Shown here: positions 31,730-42,589 of the stretch, in pieces
How positions within the stretch are numbered: the first letter of the stretch is position 1
Layout of the letters: every line of letters begins with the position of its first letter
Assembly (NCBI GenBank): GCA_026415295.1
Contig: JAOAHJ010000016.1
Location: forward strand, 18,737 to 82,736
Source: Spirochaetota bacterium
Lineage (GTDB): Bacteria; Spirochaetota; JAAYUW01; JAOAHJ01
Length of the DNA: 64,000 nt
Direction: 5' to 3'
Notes under the pieces: model-generated
What the model saw: the letters and a program-made list of their open reading frames with translations, nothing else
Told to the model about the DNA's origin: nothing
Databases searched by the model: none
Made by a program: the position numbers and the translations under genes

Positions 31730-32410
31730 TTAAAATTTATAATAACTTATTATATTTATAAAAACATTAAATAAATTTCCAGCAAGATAATATATTTGTT
31801 CTTTTAAACTATCATATCTTCTTAAATATGAGTTATAGATTATATTTTCTTCTTTATAAACATTTTTTTTTAATAGACTCATATAATCTAATTTCCATTT
31901 TGATGAACCAATATGAGCAAAAGTATATATTTGATTTTTGGAATTGTAATCTATTAAAATAGCAGCATGTGTATATTCATCATCCCATTTATTGTTTTTA
32001 TTTCTATCATAGGTATTATCAAAAATAATAATATCTCCCGGTAAACCAATCTCTTTATTTAATTTAAAATGATTTATCCCAATATTATATAATATATATA
32101 CTCCATTATTTAATATAGAAAAGTTTATATAGTTTCGAAGATTAATTCCAGAAATTTCATATACATAAAAAACAAATCCTGAACAATCATAATTAAATTT
32201 TTTGCCATTAATTCTAAATTCCTTTATATTTTCTGCTTTCAAAGCATTTTCAACTACTGTTTTTCTTATAACCAATTCTCTTTCTGGTACACTAGTGGAT
32301 GAATCCCCCTCACTTTTATTATAAACTTCCCTATTATAATTATATATTCCAGAACATGCTTCAAAAAATAATAGAAAAAATAAAAAAATAATAATTTTAT
32401 TTTTCAACAA
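31730..32410 (-). CDS. NlpC/P60 (C40 peptidase)-like lipoprotein
   Basis: Signal with Cys (FFEACSG). DCSGFVFYVYEISG (catalytic Cys context of C40) and a downstream His (THAAIL). Confidence 0.45.
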   Translation of the reverse strand: MLKNKIIIFLFFLLFFEACSGIYNYNREVYNKSEGDSSTSVPERELVIRKTVVENALKAENIKEFRINGKKFNYDCSGFVFYVYEISGINLRNYINFSILNNGVYILYNIGINHFKLNKEIGLPGDIIIFDNTYDRNKNNKWDDEYTHAAILIDYNSKNQIYTFAHIGSSKWKLDYMSLLKKNVYKEENIIYNSYLRRYDSLKEQIYYLAGNLFNVFINIISYYKF

Positions 32411-32512
32411 TCAATCTTTAAAATAATTATAATTTTATTTTTAATTATAATTTTTAATTATATAATTTTTATTTTTATTATTATTATTAATTCCCATTTC
32501 TATATCAAATTA

Positions 32513-33031
32513 TTAAAATTCATAAATTACATCATAAATTGGCCCATTTTTTGTTAAAGTAGATTTATAAAGTTTCAATCTATTTATTAAAAAATTTTCC
32601 TTATTAAAAAAAATTTCTTTCATCATTATAGGAAAATTTGTTCTTGCCAAAGTAATATGTGGAACAAAATCTCTATCCTCTTTTTTAATATTTAAATATT
32701 TTAAGTTTTCTTCTATAATAGAATAAATTTTATTAAGCTTATTATTTTCATCAAATTTACAAACAATAACTCTAGCATTAAAAATACTAGGAAAAGCTGT
32801 TATTATACTAGAGGTAAGATTAATGTTTGAAGAATTAATTGAATCTATACTTTTGATCTTATCTATAATTAACTGGTAATCGTCAAATTCTCCAATAAAT
32901 TTAATTGTTAGATGTAAATTCATCTCTTTTGTTAATCTAATATTTTTAAAACTAGATAAATACATTTTTTGCAGTAAAATCAATTTATGTAAAGATTCTT
33001 TATCAAAATCATATGCAAAAAACAATCTCAT
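32513..33031 (-). CDS. thpR: 2H phosphoesterase, RNA 2',3'-cyclic phosphodiesterase ThpR/LigT-like
   Basis: Two H-x-T/S-x motifs (HLTIKF and HITLAR) ~85 aa apart in a 172-aa protein. Confidence 0.7.
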   Translation of the reverse strand: MRLFFAYDFDKESLHKLILLQKMYLSSFKNIRLTKEMNLHLTIKFIGEFDDYQLIIDKIKSIDSINSSNINLTSSIITAFPSIFNARVIVCKFDENNKLNKIYSIIEENLKYLNIKKEDRDFVPHITLARTNFPIMMKEIFFNKENFLINRLKLYKSTLTKNGPIYDVIYEF

Positions 33032-33134
33032 ATAGTTTTATTTTATAAAAAAATTTTATTTTTTCAATATTTCTTAAAAATATAAAATATAAAATTAGTC
33101 TTCTAAAATAAACTAATCAAACCTATTATAAAAA

Positions 33135-34451
33135 CTACTTTAAAATTAAATTTCCTAAATATTCTTCAGTAAAGTTAAAATTCTCTTTTTTTATAAAATC
33201 TATTAATTTCTTATATCTTTCAGTAATTACTTCATCAGGAATTATTTCTTCTTTATCAAAATCTCCTTCTAAACTTTCATATAAAATAAATGGATTAATT
33301 TGTGCTATTTTAGGTATTAATTTCTTGTTTTCTTTTAAAAATTTTAATGTTAACTCAAAATCTTGTTCAGTCTCTCCTGGAAACCCAATTATTAAAGAGA
33401 TCTCAAAAAAAATTTTATAGAAATTTAACCTCTTAAATACTTCTATAGCATCACTTGAATTAAATAATTTTTTCATCTTTTTTAAAACTCTATCTGAACC
33501 TGACTCAAGACCTATAAACAAATTTATACAACCTGTTTTATTAAATAAATTAATAGTTTCTTTGTCAACATCTGGTTTAATGCCAAATTGAGCATCCCAA
33601 AAAAAAGAAATTTTTTTACCTTTTTGAATATTATAAAAATTAATTAAAAATTCTTTTAATTTACATGGAGAAATATTAATCATAGAATCATAAAAAGTTA
33701 TCCAATTTTTATTATAAGAAAAATAATAGAATAATATTCTTTCTATTAAACTTTCTGGACTAGTAGTTTTAACTTTAAATAAATATTTCTCAGTACAAAA
33801 TTTACATTTTCCTATACAACCTAAATTAAAAACTATTGGTAAACAATTTTTTCTTAAATAAGTATTTAAATCAAATCTATCAAATTTAGGAATAATATTA
33901 TCTATTAAGATGTTATTAAACTTATTTTCATTAATAATATTTCTAAAAAAATATACTATATCATTTTTTTTAATATTACCACTTAAAAATTTATTATCCG
34001 ATCTATTTGAATACTCTTTTATTAATATTTTACAAAATATATCAAAATTATCGATAGAATCCCCAAAAAAAGGAATATCAATTAAATCTTTATATTTTTC
34101 AAAATTTAAAGTAATATCTGGGCCACCACCAATTATTATTTTTTCCTCAAATAATTCTTTAATTCTATTTATTACCTTAATAGAAATATATCTATTTGTA
34201 GAAAAAAGAGAAAAACCGATAATATCAAACTCCTGCAATTCATAGATAATTTTATCAATAATTGTTTCTTCATATTCTTTTAAATAAAATTTAAGAAAAT
34301 ATTTTGAAGAATTAAAATCATAAAAAGTCCACTTTTTTTGTAAATTTTTATCAACTTTCTTATAAAAAAAAATATTGAAATCTTTAATTGTATGCTCAAT
34401 ATTATTTATGCTTAAGATTTCTGATATATATGATAAACCTAAAGGAGGCAA
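33135..34451 (-). CDS. B12-binding-domain radical SAM protein
   Basis: N-terminal Rossmann-like B12-type domain, NLGCIGKCKFCTE (CxxxCxxC), 438 aa. Confidence 0.6.
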   Translation of the reverse strand: MPPLGLSYISEILSINNIEHTIKDFNIFFYKKVDKNLQKKWTFYDFNSSKYFLKFYLKEYEETIIDKIIYELQEFDIIGFSLFSTNRYISIKVINRIKELFEEKIIIGGGPDITLNFEKYKDLIDIPFFGDSIDNFDIFCKILIKEYSNRSDNKFLSGNIKKNDIVYFFRNIINENKFNNILIDNIIPKFDRFDLNTYLRKNCLPIVFNLGCIGKCKFCTEKYLFKVKTTSPESLIERILFYYFSYNKNWITFYDSMINISPCKLKEFLINFYNIQKGKKISFFWDAQFGIKPDVDKETINLFNKTGCINLFIGLESGSDRVLKKMKKLFNSSDAIEVFKRLNFYKIFFEISLIIGFPGETEQDFELTLKFLKENKKLIPKIAQINPFILYESLEGDFDKEEIIPDEVITERYKKLIDFIKKENFNFTEEYLGNLILK

Positions 34452-34559
34452 ATTTGGCCAAAGAGTAGGTAAAACTACTAAACAAACTTTTATAAATAAT
34501 CCTGAATAATTTTTATTTTTTCTGTTAGGGTTATTTAGTTATCTTATATTAATTAATAT

Positions 34560-34928
34560 TCATTCATTATTAAATAATTCTTTTATATCTCTAATAAATT
34601 CATTAAAATTAATAGGTTTTTTATAAAATTTTATAACCCCCATATTTTTTAGCCTATTAATTTCATCTTCTTTAAGATTTTCAATATCTCCTGAAATTAT
34701 TAAAAATTTTTGTAAAGGATTTACTGAATATAAAGCGTAAATACATTCATCACCTCTCATTAAAGGCATAAAAATATCCATAATTATAAGATCATAGTTG
34801 TTTTCAATTGCTTTTCTAAAAGCTTCTTGTCCATTAAAAGCTTGATCGACAATAAAATTATTTATTTCAAGAATATCTTTAACCATTTTTGAAAATTCAT
34901 AATTATCTTCAACTAATAATATATTCAT
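34560..34928 (-). CDS. Stand-alone CheY-like receiver
   Basis: MNILLVEDN..DLIIMDIFMP..K; 122 aa, no output domain. Confidence 0.7.
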   Translation of the reverse strand: MNILLVEDNYEFSKMVKDILEINNFIVDQAFNGQEAFRKAIENNYDLIIMDIFMPLMRGDECIYALYSVNPLQKFLIISGDIENLKEDEINRLKNMGVIKFYKKPINFNEFIRDIKELFNNE

Positions 34929-34940
34929 AACTTATAACTC

Positions 34941-35513
34941 CTAACTAAGTTGCAAAATTTCATATATCTTTTTTGGAATATCAAAAATATCCAATTCATA
35001 ATCAAAAAAACCCGCTTCTTTTATAATTTTTTGCATTCCATAAATTAAAGAACTATTTTTATCTTGTATTATTATGGGAAAATTTTTTAATTTTGCTAAT
35101 TTGCAACCACTAAGTCCATCCTCCTTGGCAGACAAACCAGACAATATGCATATTATTGGTTTTAATCTAGCTTCAATAGCAGAAATTATAGTTTTTGAAA
35201 TAGAAGGAGCAAAGTTTCCTATAGTATTATTTTCAATAACTTTTATCCTAAGGTTTTCTTGAAATTCAGTTTGATATCCTCCTTTAGTAACATATATAAA
35301 ATTTGGTTCTAAAGTTATACCATCTTCAGCAATCTTAGTTGTTAAAATAGATTTATTGTTTAAAACTTCTACGAAAGAATTTTCAAATGATACAGGCAAA
35401 TGTTGAACAATCAATATAGGAATATTTAAGTCCCTATCAAACTTATCAATTATATTATATAATGCTTTGGGACCACCTGTAGATGAACCAATTATTAATA
35501 AATCATATTTCAT
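34941..35513 (-). CDS. CheB-type methylesterase catalytic domain only (no receiver)
   Basis: LLIIGSSTGGPKAL (CheB IGASTGGP), Ser/His/Asp context, 190 aa. Confidence 0.65.
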   Translation of the reverse strand: MKYDLLIIGSSTGGPKALYNIIDKFDRDLNIPILIVQHLPVSFENSFVEVLNNKSILTTKIAEDGITLEPNFIYVTKGGYQTEFQENLRIKVIENNTIGNFAPSISKTIISAIEARLKPIICILSGLSAKEDGLSGCKLAKLKNFPIIIQDKNSSLIYGMQKIIKEAGFFDYELDIFDIPKKIYEILQLS

Positions 35514-35662
35514 TTAATCCCTTTCAAACTAATATTTTAATTTAATAATTTCAAAAATAAGAATAAAGTATAGTAAATTTTTTTTAAAAAATATTTTAAA
35601 TTTTAAATTTTAATACAATATTATAAAATTATAAAATAAAAATTCCGACATAAAGAATAACT

Positions 35663-37189
35663 ATGGTTAAAATTAAGTATATTAATTTTTTAATATTTCT
35701 ATATTTTATATTTAATTCAAGTCCAATATTTTGTCAAGAAGTCAAATTAAAAAAAATTAGTGATCCAAATAGTTATGATTTTAAGATTAAATATAAATTA
35801 TTCAGTTATGTATTTTACAAATTTTTAGAAGATAATAAATATTTTGATTACAATAATTACTATTTTAAGTTATATAATCCATTCTTTATTTATGAAATAA
35901 AAAACTACTATAGTTTTGCAATACTTTTAAACATAAATCCTTTTTATCAATCAAATAATACTTCAAAAAACTTAATAAATCACATACAAACAAATTCATT
36001 TTTAACAGCAACAATAATAACAGGATATTTTACTTTTGACTATTCAACAAATTTTTTTTCAGGAATTAAATCTATCTTCCCTTTTGATTTAATAGAAAAT
36101 ATACCTAGAATTAACTTTGGATATAAAATATTCTATAACTTCGACCAAAATTTTAACAATATTTTTGAAACTATAAACAATTATAACATAAACTATTTTT
36201 TAAATATTAAATTTATTGATTTAATAAATATTTTTTTAGGAAATATTAAAAACAGTAATGGGCAAAATTATCAAATTTATGGCATTTATTTATCAAATGA
36301 AATTATAAAAACAATTATTACTTTTGAAGAACATAACTATACTATAAAAATCTTTAATAAAGAAATAGAAAAATTTAATAGAATAATCTTTGCTTTTAAT
36401 ATTAATTTAGAAAATATATCCTTTATTATAGAAACACCTTATGTATATTTTAATTATATGAATTACTATGTATATTATTTTGATGCATTTTTTTTTATCA
36501 AAATATACAAAATAAAGTATGTTTTCATATATAAAAACTTTAATTATAATTCAGAAAACTTCTTTAATGAAAATTTCATGCACAATATAATTTTTGAGTT
36601 TACCAAATCACTTATAATAAATTTTTATCTCCCATATAGAAAAGATGATTTTAAATTGATTGCTGATAAATTATTTATAAGAACAGTTGCTAATATAGAT
36701 TTAATAAAAACCCCTACAATTTTAAAGATTTTAAGCTTAAATTTAGAAGGATATTTTTATCCGAAAAGTTTAATAAATAACACTAACTACTTTATAATTA
36801 CTCAAAATGATTACTATTATAGATTTTATTTTTCTCCAATATTACTATTAAATTTTAGTAAATATAGTACATTAGAATTTTGTTTTTGTTACGATATCTA
36901 TAAAGAAAAATTATATGAATTTAAATTAAAAGTCTCATATAAAAGTCAAAATAATATTATTAACTTTATCTATTACGAGAATAATGATATAAATAAACAT
37001 ATGTATATTTTCTCAAAATTTACTCAATATGATTTCAACTTTTTAAACATTTTACCAAAAGAAAAATTATTAGAAATCTCATTTGAAAATAGTTTAATAT
37101 TTAACTCAATATTTTTAAAGTTAATATATATTTTTAACGATAAAAATAACAAAGTTTATTTAGTAGTCGGAATTTACTATGCTTACTAA
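35663..37189 (+). CDS. Putative outer-membrane beta-barrel protein
   Basis: Signal peptide (..SSPIFCQEV), alternating aromatic/hydrophilic beta-strand pattern, C-terminal aromatic terminus ...VVGIYYAY. Confidence 0.35.
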   Translation: MVKIKYINFLIFLYFIFNSSPIFCQEVKLKKISDPNSYDFKIKYKLFSYVFYKFLEDNKYFDYNNYYFKLYNPFFIYEIKNYYSFAILLNINPFYQSNNTSKNLINHIQTNSFLTATIITGYFTFDYSTNFFSGIKSIFPFDLIENIPRINFGYKIFYNFDQNFNNIFETINNYNINYFLNIKFIDLINIFLGNIKNSNGQNYQIYGIYLSNEIIKTIITFEEHNYTIKIFNKEIEKFNRIIFAFNINLENISFIIETPYVYFNYMNYYVYYFDAFFFIKIYKIKYVFIYKNFNYNSENFFNENFMHNIIFEFTKSLIINFYLPYRKDDFKLIADKLFIRTVANIDLIKTPTILKILSLNLEGYFYPKSLINNTNYFIITQNDYYYRFYFSPILLLNFSKYSTLEFCFCYDIYKEKLYEFKLKVSYKSQNNIINFIYYENNDINKHMYIFSKFTQYDFNFLNILPKEKLLEISFENSLIFNSIFLKLIYIFNDKNNKVYLVVGIYYAY

Positions 37190-37991
37190 AAAAATTAATA
37201 AGATGATATTAGATAAAAAAACTTTAGAAAAAATCATAGAAAATATTTTTAAACATTCTTTCTTTGATGGTGAAATAAGACCATTTATGTACCTCCCTTA
37301 CATATTATCTTTAAAAATAATAAATAAAAATTTTAGCATAAATGAGTACGATATATCAGAATTACTTTTAAATTTGCCTGATAAATATTACCCTTACATA
37401 GATCCTATAGATAGAGAAATTTCAATCTTGTTAAAAGAAGGAAAAACTTTAATTGAGGCAAAAGAAATAGCTAATAAAAAAATAATTTTTTCAAATTCAA
37501 ATTTTTGTCTTTTTTTAAGAACATTTCCATTAATTTTAATAGATCCTATAAATTCTTTAAAAAATCTTGAGAATTTAACATATCAAATTACATTTTTAAC
37601 TCATAATGATGAAATAAGTAAATTGATGGTATATTACAATTTAATAAATATAGAGTATTTAAATGGATTAACTTTTATTGATCATTTAAGAAATTACCTC
37701 TCAAATCAAAACTTGAAATTAAAATATTTATTTAATAGTGAAAATAACCAACTAAATGGTGAGATAACTAATGAATATGTTCTTTATTATCTTATAGATT
37801 ATTCATATTATCTACTACAAGATATGGATTTTTCATATAAAAATAATACTACCCTAAATGTAATATTAAGTTTAACATTTAATTTATTTAAAGAAAATCT
37901 TATTGTTGAAAGTTCAGAAAATATATATAATTTTAATTTGAATCAAGAGGAAAAAAAGCTTCTAAAATATATAAAAAAAAGAATAAAATAA
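37179..37991 (+). CDS. Hypothetical protein (overlaps upstream gene by 11 nt)
   Basis: 270 aa, no motif recognised. Confidence 0.3.
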   Translation: MLTKKINKMILDKKTLEKIIENIFKHSFFDGEIRPFMYLPYILSLKIINKNFSINEYDISELLLNLPDKYYPYIDPIDREISILLKEGKTLIEAKEIANKKIIFSNSNFCLFLRTFPLILIDPINSLKNLENLTYQITFLTHNDEISKLMVYYNLINIEYLNGLTFIDHLRNYLSNQNLKLKYLFNSENNQLNGEITNEYVLYYLIDYSYYLLQDMDFSYKNNTTLNVILSLTFNLFKENLIVESSENIYNFNLNQEEKKLLKYIKKRIK

Positions 37992-38017
37992 ATTTTTTAT
38001 TTATCTTTTAAGATATT

Positions 38018-40087
38018 ATGAAATTATTTATAAAAATTGATAAAATATTAAAAATTATCTTCCTTTTATTTTTACTTTACATGATAATATTCCTATTAAC
38101 CTGTACTTCATACATATACCCAAATAAAGACATATTTAATAAAACTTCAAAACTCAATTTTAGAGAAAAAAATTATAATAGTATTAATATCCCTAATGAT
38201 GATTATATATTAAATTTTTACAATAATTCAGAATTAAAAAATTCTTCATTTTATGAAATACCAAAACTTGTCAATTACAGTTCCTCCGAAATTAAAACAC
38301 CTATTTATATATTAGACGAAAACTTGACTAAAGTTTATAAGATAGAAAACAATGAAAAAACAGAAATTTTTTCAGTAAATATAAATTATGAATATATTGT
38401 TAAATTTAAACCAAATATAATTACAACTAGCAAAAATATTTATCTACTTAATGAAAATGATAAAAACTATTACCCTATTCAATTAAATGGATTAAATAAA
38501 AATGCTACATTAAAATGTGCAGAACTTTTTTGTTATAATAATAAAAAATTTATTTTTATTGGCACATCTCATCATGGTCTTTATTACAAAGAAATTAACA
38601 GTCCAAAATTTTTACAGATTAATAAAAATATTGCTAGAGTACCATTTACATCTAAATCTACTTCATACTTTGAGACTATATCAGAAATTGTACAATATAA
38701 GAATATTCTAATTATTAGTTATAAATATTCTACAAGAATAGGTTTTTTATCTTTCAATCAGAATGGAGAAATTATAGTCAATAATTTTTTATATGACATT
38801 AAATTGAATAAGCAATTTATTAATTTAAACCCAGAAATAAATAAAATTAAAGATGATGATAATCATCATTTTGATAACATTTATCAAGAAAAGATTGAAT
38901 CTTTAGAAAGTATGGAAATAAACAATAATACATTAAAATTTGAAACAAATAAAAATATATACTATTTTACAATTGAAGTTTTTGAAAAAAATTCTGATAA
39001 TAATTATAAAAACTCTAAAAATCAAAATTTTCATAATTTTGAAATTTATTTTAATAATTTAACTATTTGTTTGCAACTTGATAACAAAGTTGAAAAAGAA
39101 AAGGTAAATGAAGATTATAGAGAAGATTTTACTAGGGGATTATATATTCCAGTTCATCACCTTTCTAATGATGAAAAAATATTAAAAAAAATAAACTTAT
39201 TAAAATCTCTAAATTTAAATACAATAGTTGTTGATTTAAAAGATGATTTTGGATTTATAACTTATAATTCAAATTCGGAATATGCAAAAAAGATAAAATC
39301 TATAAAAAAAATTATTAATTTAGATAAATTATTATTTTTTTCAAAAGAAAATAACATAAAAATCATAGCAAGAGTTGTATGTTTTAGAGATCCATTATTG
39401 TTTAACTATGAGAATGGTAAATATGCCTTTTATGATAAAAGAACTAATTCTCCATGGATAGGTTTAGAAAAAGAGAGATGGGTTGATCCTGCATCAGAGT
39501 TCGTAGTTGATTATCTTTGTGATATTATAAAAGAATTAGAAGAAAAAGGAATTGAAGAAATACAATTTGATTATGTCAGATACCCTTCTGATGGGGGAGT
39601 TTCAAATATTTACTCAATACATAATAAAAATAATTATTCCAAAAATTGCGTATTACATAATTTTTTAAAAAAAGCAAAATCATCATTAAGTATTTCTAAA
39701 CTATCAGCTGATTTTTATGGTTATCAATGTTTTTATAATATAACAAAACATATAGGACAAGATCTATTTATTTTATCAGATTTTATTGATATTATATATC
39801 CAATGTATTATCCATCTCATTTTACATTTGGATTCTATCAAGAAAATTTAAAAGAAAATGAAACCAACTTTTTTATTTATAATCATGGTGTACAAAGAGC
39901 TTTTTTAAATGCTAAAAGACCAATACTTGTAAGACCATGGATTCAAGTATTCAAAATAAAAGTTTCTATAGATTATAAGGACTACATTCAATCTCAAATA
40001 GATGGTATATTAAGTGCAGGCTATAATTCATTTATTTTCTGGAATCCTGCAGGAAAGTATGATATACTTAAAGAAATTAAATATTAA
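38018..40087 (+). CDS. Secreted/lipoprotein with C-terminal GHL (DUF4015-like putative glycoside-hydrolase TIM-barrel) domain
   Basis: N-terminal anchor (..LLTCTS). C-terminal half has YIPVHHLSNDEKI..TIVVDLKDDFGF and EIQFDYVRYP, matching the FDY(I/V)RYP signature of GHL-type domains. Confidence 0.4.
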   Translation: MKLFIKIDKILKIIFLLFLLYMIIFLLTCTSYIYPNKDIFNKTSKLNFREKNYNSINIPNDDYILNFYNNSELKNSSFYEIPKLVNYSSSEIKTPIYILDENLTKVYKIENNEKTEIFSVNINYEYIVKFKPNIITTSKNIYLLNENDKNYYPIQLNGLNKNATLKCAELFCYNNKKFIFIGTSHHGLYYKEINSPKFLQINKNIARVPFTSKSTSYFETISEIVQYKNILIISYKYSTRIGFLSFNQNGEIIVNNFLYDIKLNKQFINLNPEINKIKDDDNHHFDNIYQEKIESLESMEINNNTLKFETNKNIYYFTIEVFEKNSDNNYKNSKNQNFHNFEIYFNNLTICLQLDNKVEKEKVNEDYREDFTRGLYIPVHHLSNDEKILKKINLLKSLNLNTIVVDLKDDFGFITYNSNSEYAKKIKSIKKIINLDKLLFFSKENNIKIIARVVCFRDPLLFNYENGKYAFYDKRTNSPWIGLEKERWVDPASEFVVDYLCDIIKELEEKGIEEIQFDYVRYPSDGGVSNIYSIHNKNNYSKNCVLHNFLKKAKSSLSISKLSADFYGYQCFYNITKHIGQDLFILSDFIDIIYPMYYPSHFTFGFYQENLKENETNFFIYNHGVQRAFLNAKRPILVRPWIQVFKIKVSIDYKDYIQSQIDGILSAGYNSFIFWNPAGKYDILKEIKY

Positions 40088-40195
40088 AGCTCTATCTTAA
40101 GAAAATTTTTAATTTTTATATTTTTTTATTGATTATTTTAATTAAATATACTATTATTACCTTAGTTTACCTATTAAAATATAGAAGAAGAATTT

Positions 40196-40759
40196 ATGGA
40201 TTTGAATTTATCAAAAGATGAAAAAAAATTTTTAATATATATTGTGAGAAAAACTATTGCTGATAAACTAAAAATTGATTATGAAGAAAAAAATCTTAAA
40301 TTAGATCATACTAGTATTGATAATAAATTACTAGGAAATTTTGTTACTTTACATATAAAAAATAATTTAAGAGGTTGTATAGGTTATATTAAAGGAATAA
40401 AGCCATTTATTGAGCAACTCAAAGAAGTTTCTATTCAATCTGCATTTCATGATCCAAGGTTTCCACCTCTTTCAAAAGATGAATTTAATGATATCAAGAT
40501 AGAAATAACAATTTTGTCTCCATTTCAAGAAATAAAAGATCTATATGATTTTATAATAGGTGAAGATGGTCTTTATTTACAGTATAAATTTTACTCTGGT
40601 CTATTTTTGCCTCAAGTAGCAACTGAACAAGGTTGGAACAAACAGCAATTTTTAGAAAATCTTACATATAAAGCTGGTCTTTATCCTGAAATTTTAAAAA
40701 ACAAAGAAATTAAATTATTCAAATTCAAAGGTTATATTATTTCTGAAGATAATATTTAA
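40196..40759 (+). CDS. AMMECR1-domain protein
   Basis: NLRGCIGYI core motif, 187 aa. Confidence 0.75.
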   Translation: MDLNLSKDEKKFLIYIVRKTIADKLKIDYEEKNLKLDHTSIDNKLLGNFVTLHIKNNLRGCIGYIKGIKPFIEQLKEVSIQSAFHDPRFPPLSKDEFNDIKIEITILSPFQEIKDLYDFIIGEDGLYLQYKFYSGLFLPQVATEQGWNKQQFLENLTYKAGLYPEILKNKEIKLFKFKGYIISEDNI

Positions 40760-40844
40760 CAAAATTAAACAACATTTTATTTTGACTTTTGTTTTAATTA
40801 TGCTATTTTCCTAAATAAGATATTTATATTAGGAGTTTAAAAAT

Positions 40845-41912
40845 ATGAGGAAATTATCAATTTTAATATTTATACTAATTTTAATGCCTTTTATAATTTT
40901 GGCACAAACCAGCACATCTTCTACTAAAGACAATTGGATCGTTGAAATTAATGGTCAGAAATATTATTATAGTGAATTTATTAACAAATTTAACATGTAT
41001 ATTGAATTAACTGTTCCTCCTGATAAACAACAAGAATATAAAAATGATAAAAGATTATTGAAAGCATTTTTAGAAAATTTTATAAATGAAATAATTTTAT
41101 TAAATAAAATTAAAGCTGAAAATTTTGCAAACTCTTATAAACATGTTATTCTTTTTCAAAATAAACAAATAGTAGTAGAACTATATATTCAAAAAGTTAT
41201 TTACCCTACTATTCCAAATCCAACTAAAAAAGAAATCGAGCAATACTATAATCAAAATTCAAAATCTTTTCAAAATATTGATATAGAGGTAGCTTTAAAA
41301 CAGATAGAAGAATATTTGAAAATGATAAAATTACAGGAAAAAATCAATGAAATACTACAAGATAAAAAAGAATCAATGATTATTCAAAGAAATCAAGATT
41401 ATTTTGAAAAAAACTTAAAAACTACCTGGGTATTAAAGATAGGCGATGATGTTATTGACTATGACTCATTTCATACCCTTTTTATGGAATTTTTAAATCA
41501 AATACCTGAAAATCAAAGGGAAAAAACAAAATATCTTTTATTAAAACAATTTACAGAATCTTTCATTAATACATATATTATGTACAAAGATATATCTAAG
41601 AATACAGATTTTGAAAAAAAATATGACGATTACATTCAGTACTTAAGCAACCAAAAATTAATAGAACTATACATTTCAATTAAATTAAAAAACAAATTTC
41701 AACCAGTTACTCAAGATCAGGTAGATGCATACTATAATATGAATAAAACCCAATTCGCTGGTTATCCTGAAGCACAAGCAAAACAATATATTTATCAAAT
41801 GTTAAGTCAACAAGTATTAAATATGTATATAAATGATCTAGTTCAAACTATTAGAGATGAAAATATCATCAAAAGAAACAAAGAATTCTTGCAATCTATC
41901 GGCTTAGCATAA
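40845..41912 (+). CDS. Hypothetical periplasmic protein (SurA-N-terminal-like chaperone fold possible)
   Basis: Signal peptide (..IILAQTSTS), helical K/E/Q-rich, no parvulin domain. Confidence 0.3.
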   Translation: MRKLSILIFILILMPFIILAQTSTSSTKDNWIVEINGQKYYYSEFINKFNMYIELTVPPDKQQEYKNDKRLLKAFLENFINEIILLNKIKAENFANSYKHVILFQNKQIVVELYIQKVIYPTIPNPTKKEIEQYYNQNSKSFQNIDIEVALKQIEEYLKMIKLQEKINEILQDKKESMIIQRNQDYFEKNLKTTWVLKIGDDVIDYDSFHTLFMEFLNQIPENQREKTKYLLLKQFTESFINTYIMYKDISKNTDFEKKYDDYIQYLSNQKLIELYISIKLKNKFQPVTQDQVDAYYNMNKTQFAGYPEAQAKQYIYQMLSQQVLNMYINDLVQTIRDENIIKRNKEFLQSIGLA

Positions 41913-41946
41913 AAAAAATGGGGATTCTAATCCCCATTTTTTATTT
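41911..41946. terminator. Bidirectional rho-independent terminator
   Basis: Perfect hairpin aaaatggggat-tcta-atccccatttt (about 12 bp stem, GC core), flanked by an A8 run on the left and a T-run on the right. It serves the + gene ending 41912 and the - gene ending 42010. Confidence 0.7.
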
Positions 41947-42009
41947 TTAAAAACTCAATTTATTTATTTTTTATTTTTAAAAAAAATTTATGATTATTTA
42001 AAAAAACTA

Positions 42010-42345
42010 CTAATCAATTATCTCTGATTCTTTATCATAAAAATCAAATAGCTTATCAATTAATAAAATATTAAAAAGTTTTTTTAAATTATCATTCACT
42101 CTTATAAAAGAAATTTTTCCATTTTTAGATGTTATTAAATTATTTAAAAATAATAATTTACCAATTGCAGATGAATTTATTGAATTTACCTGTTCAAAAT
42201 CAAGAACAATATGCTTATTGCCTTTGTTTATAAGTTCTTTAATCTCTTCATAAATATTCTGAATTATTTCATAATTATTTAAATCAGACCTCAATTTATA
42301 AATTACATAATTAGCCATTACTAAAAACCTCCTATAAATATACAC
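42010..42345 (-). CDS. STAS-domain anti-sigma-factor antagonist-like protein
   Basis: 111 aa; HIVLDFEQVNSINSSAIGKLLFL (SpoIIAA-like). Confidence 0.6.
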   Translation of the reverse strand: MYIYRRFLVMANYVIYKLRSDLNNYEIIQNIYEEIKELINKGNKHIVLDFEQVNSINSSAIGKLLFLNNLITSKNGKISFIRVNDNLKKLFNILLIDKLFDFYDKESEIID

Positions 42346-42589
42346 TTAAAAAATAATATATCTTATAAAAAATTGCAAGTAAATTTAAATTTTTATTGTT
42401 AAAAATGATTGTTTGTAGATTTATTTATATAATTTTTAATAACTAAAATAAATTTTTTTATAAAAATAAATTTATGTATATAATACTATTGAAATAATTT
42501 AAAAAAAATATTAAATTTCTTATAAATACTATAATCAATCCTTAAATATAAATTTTAAAATTTCGATAAATTAAATATAATTAGGAGAA

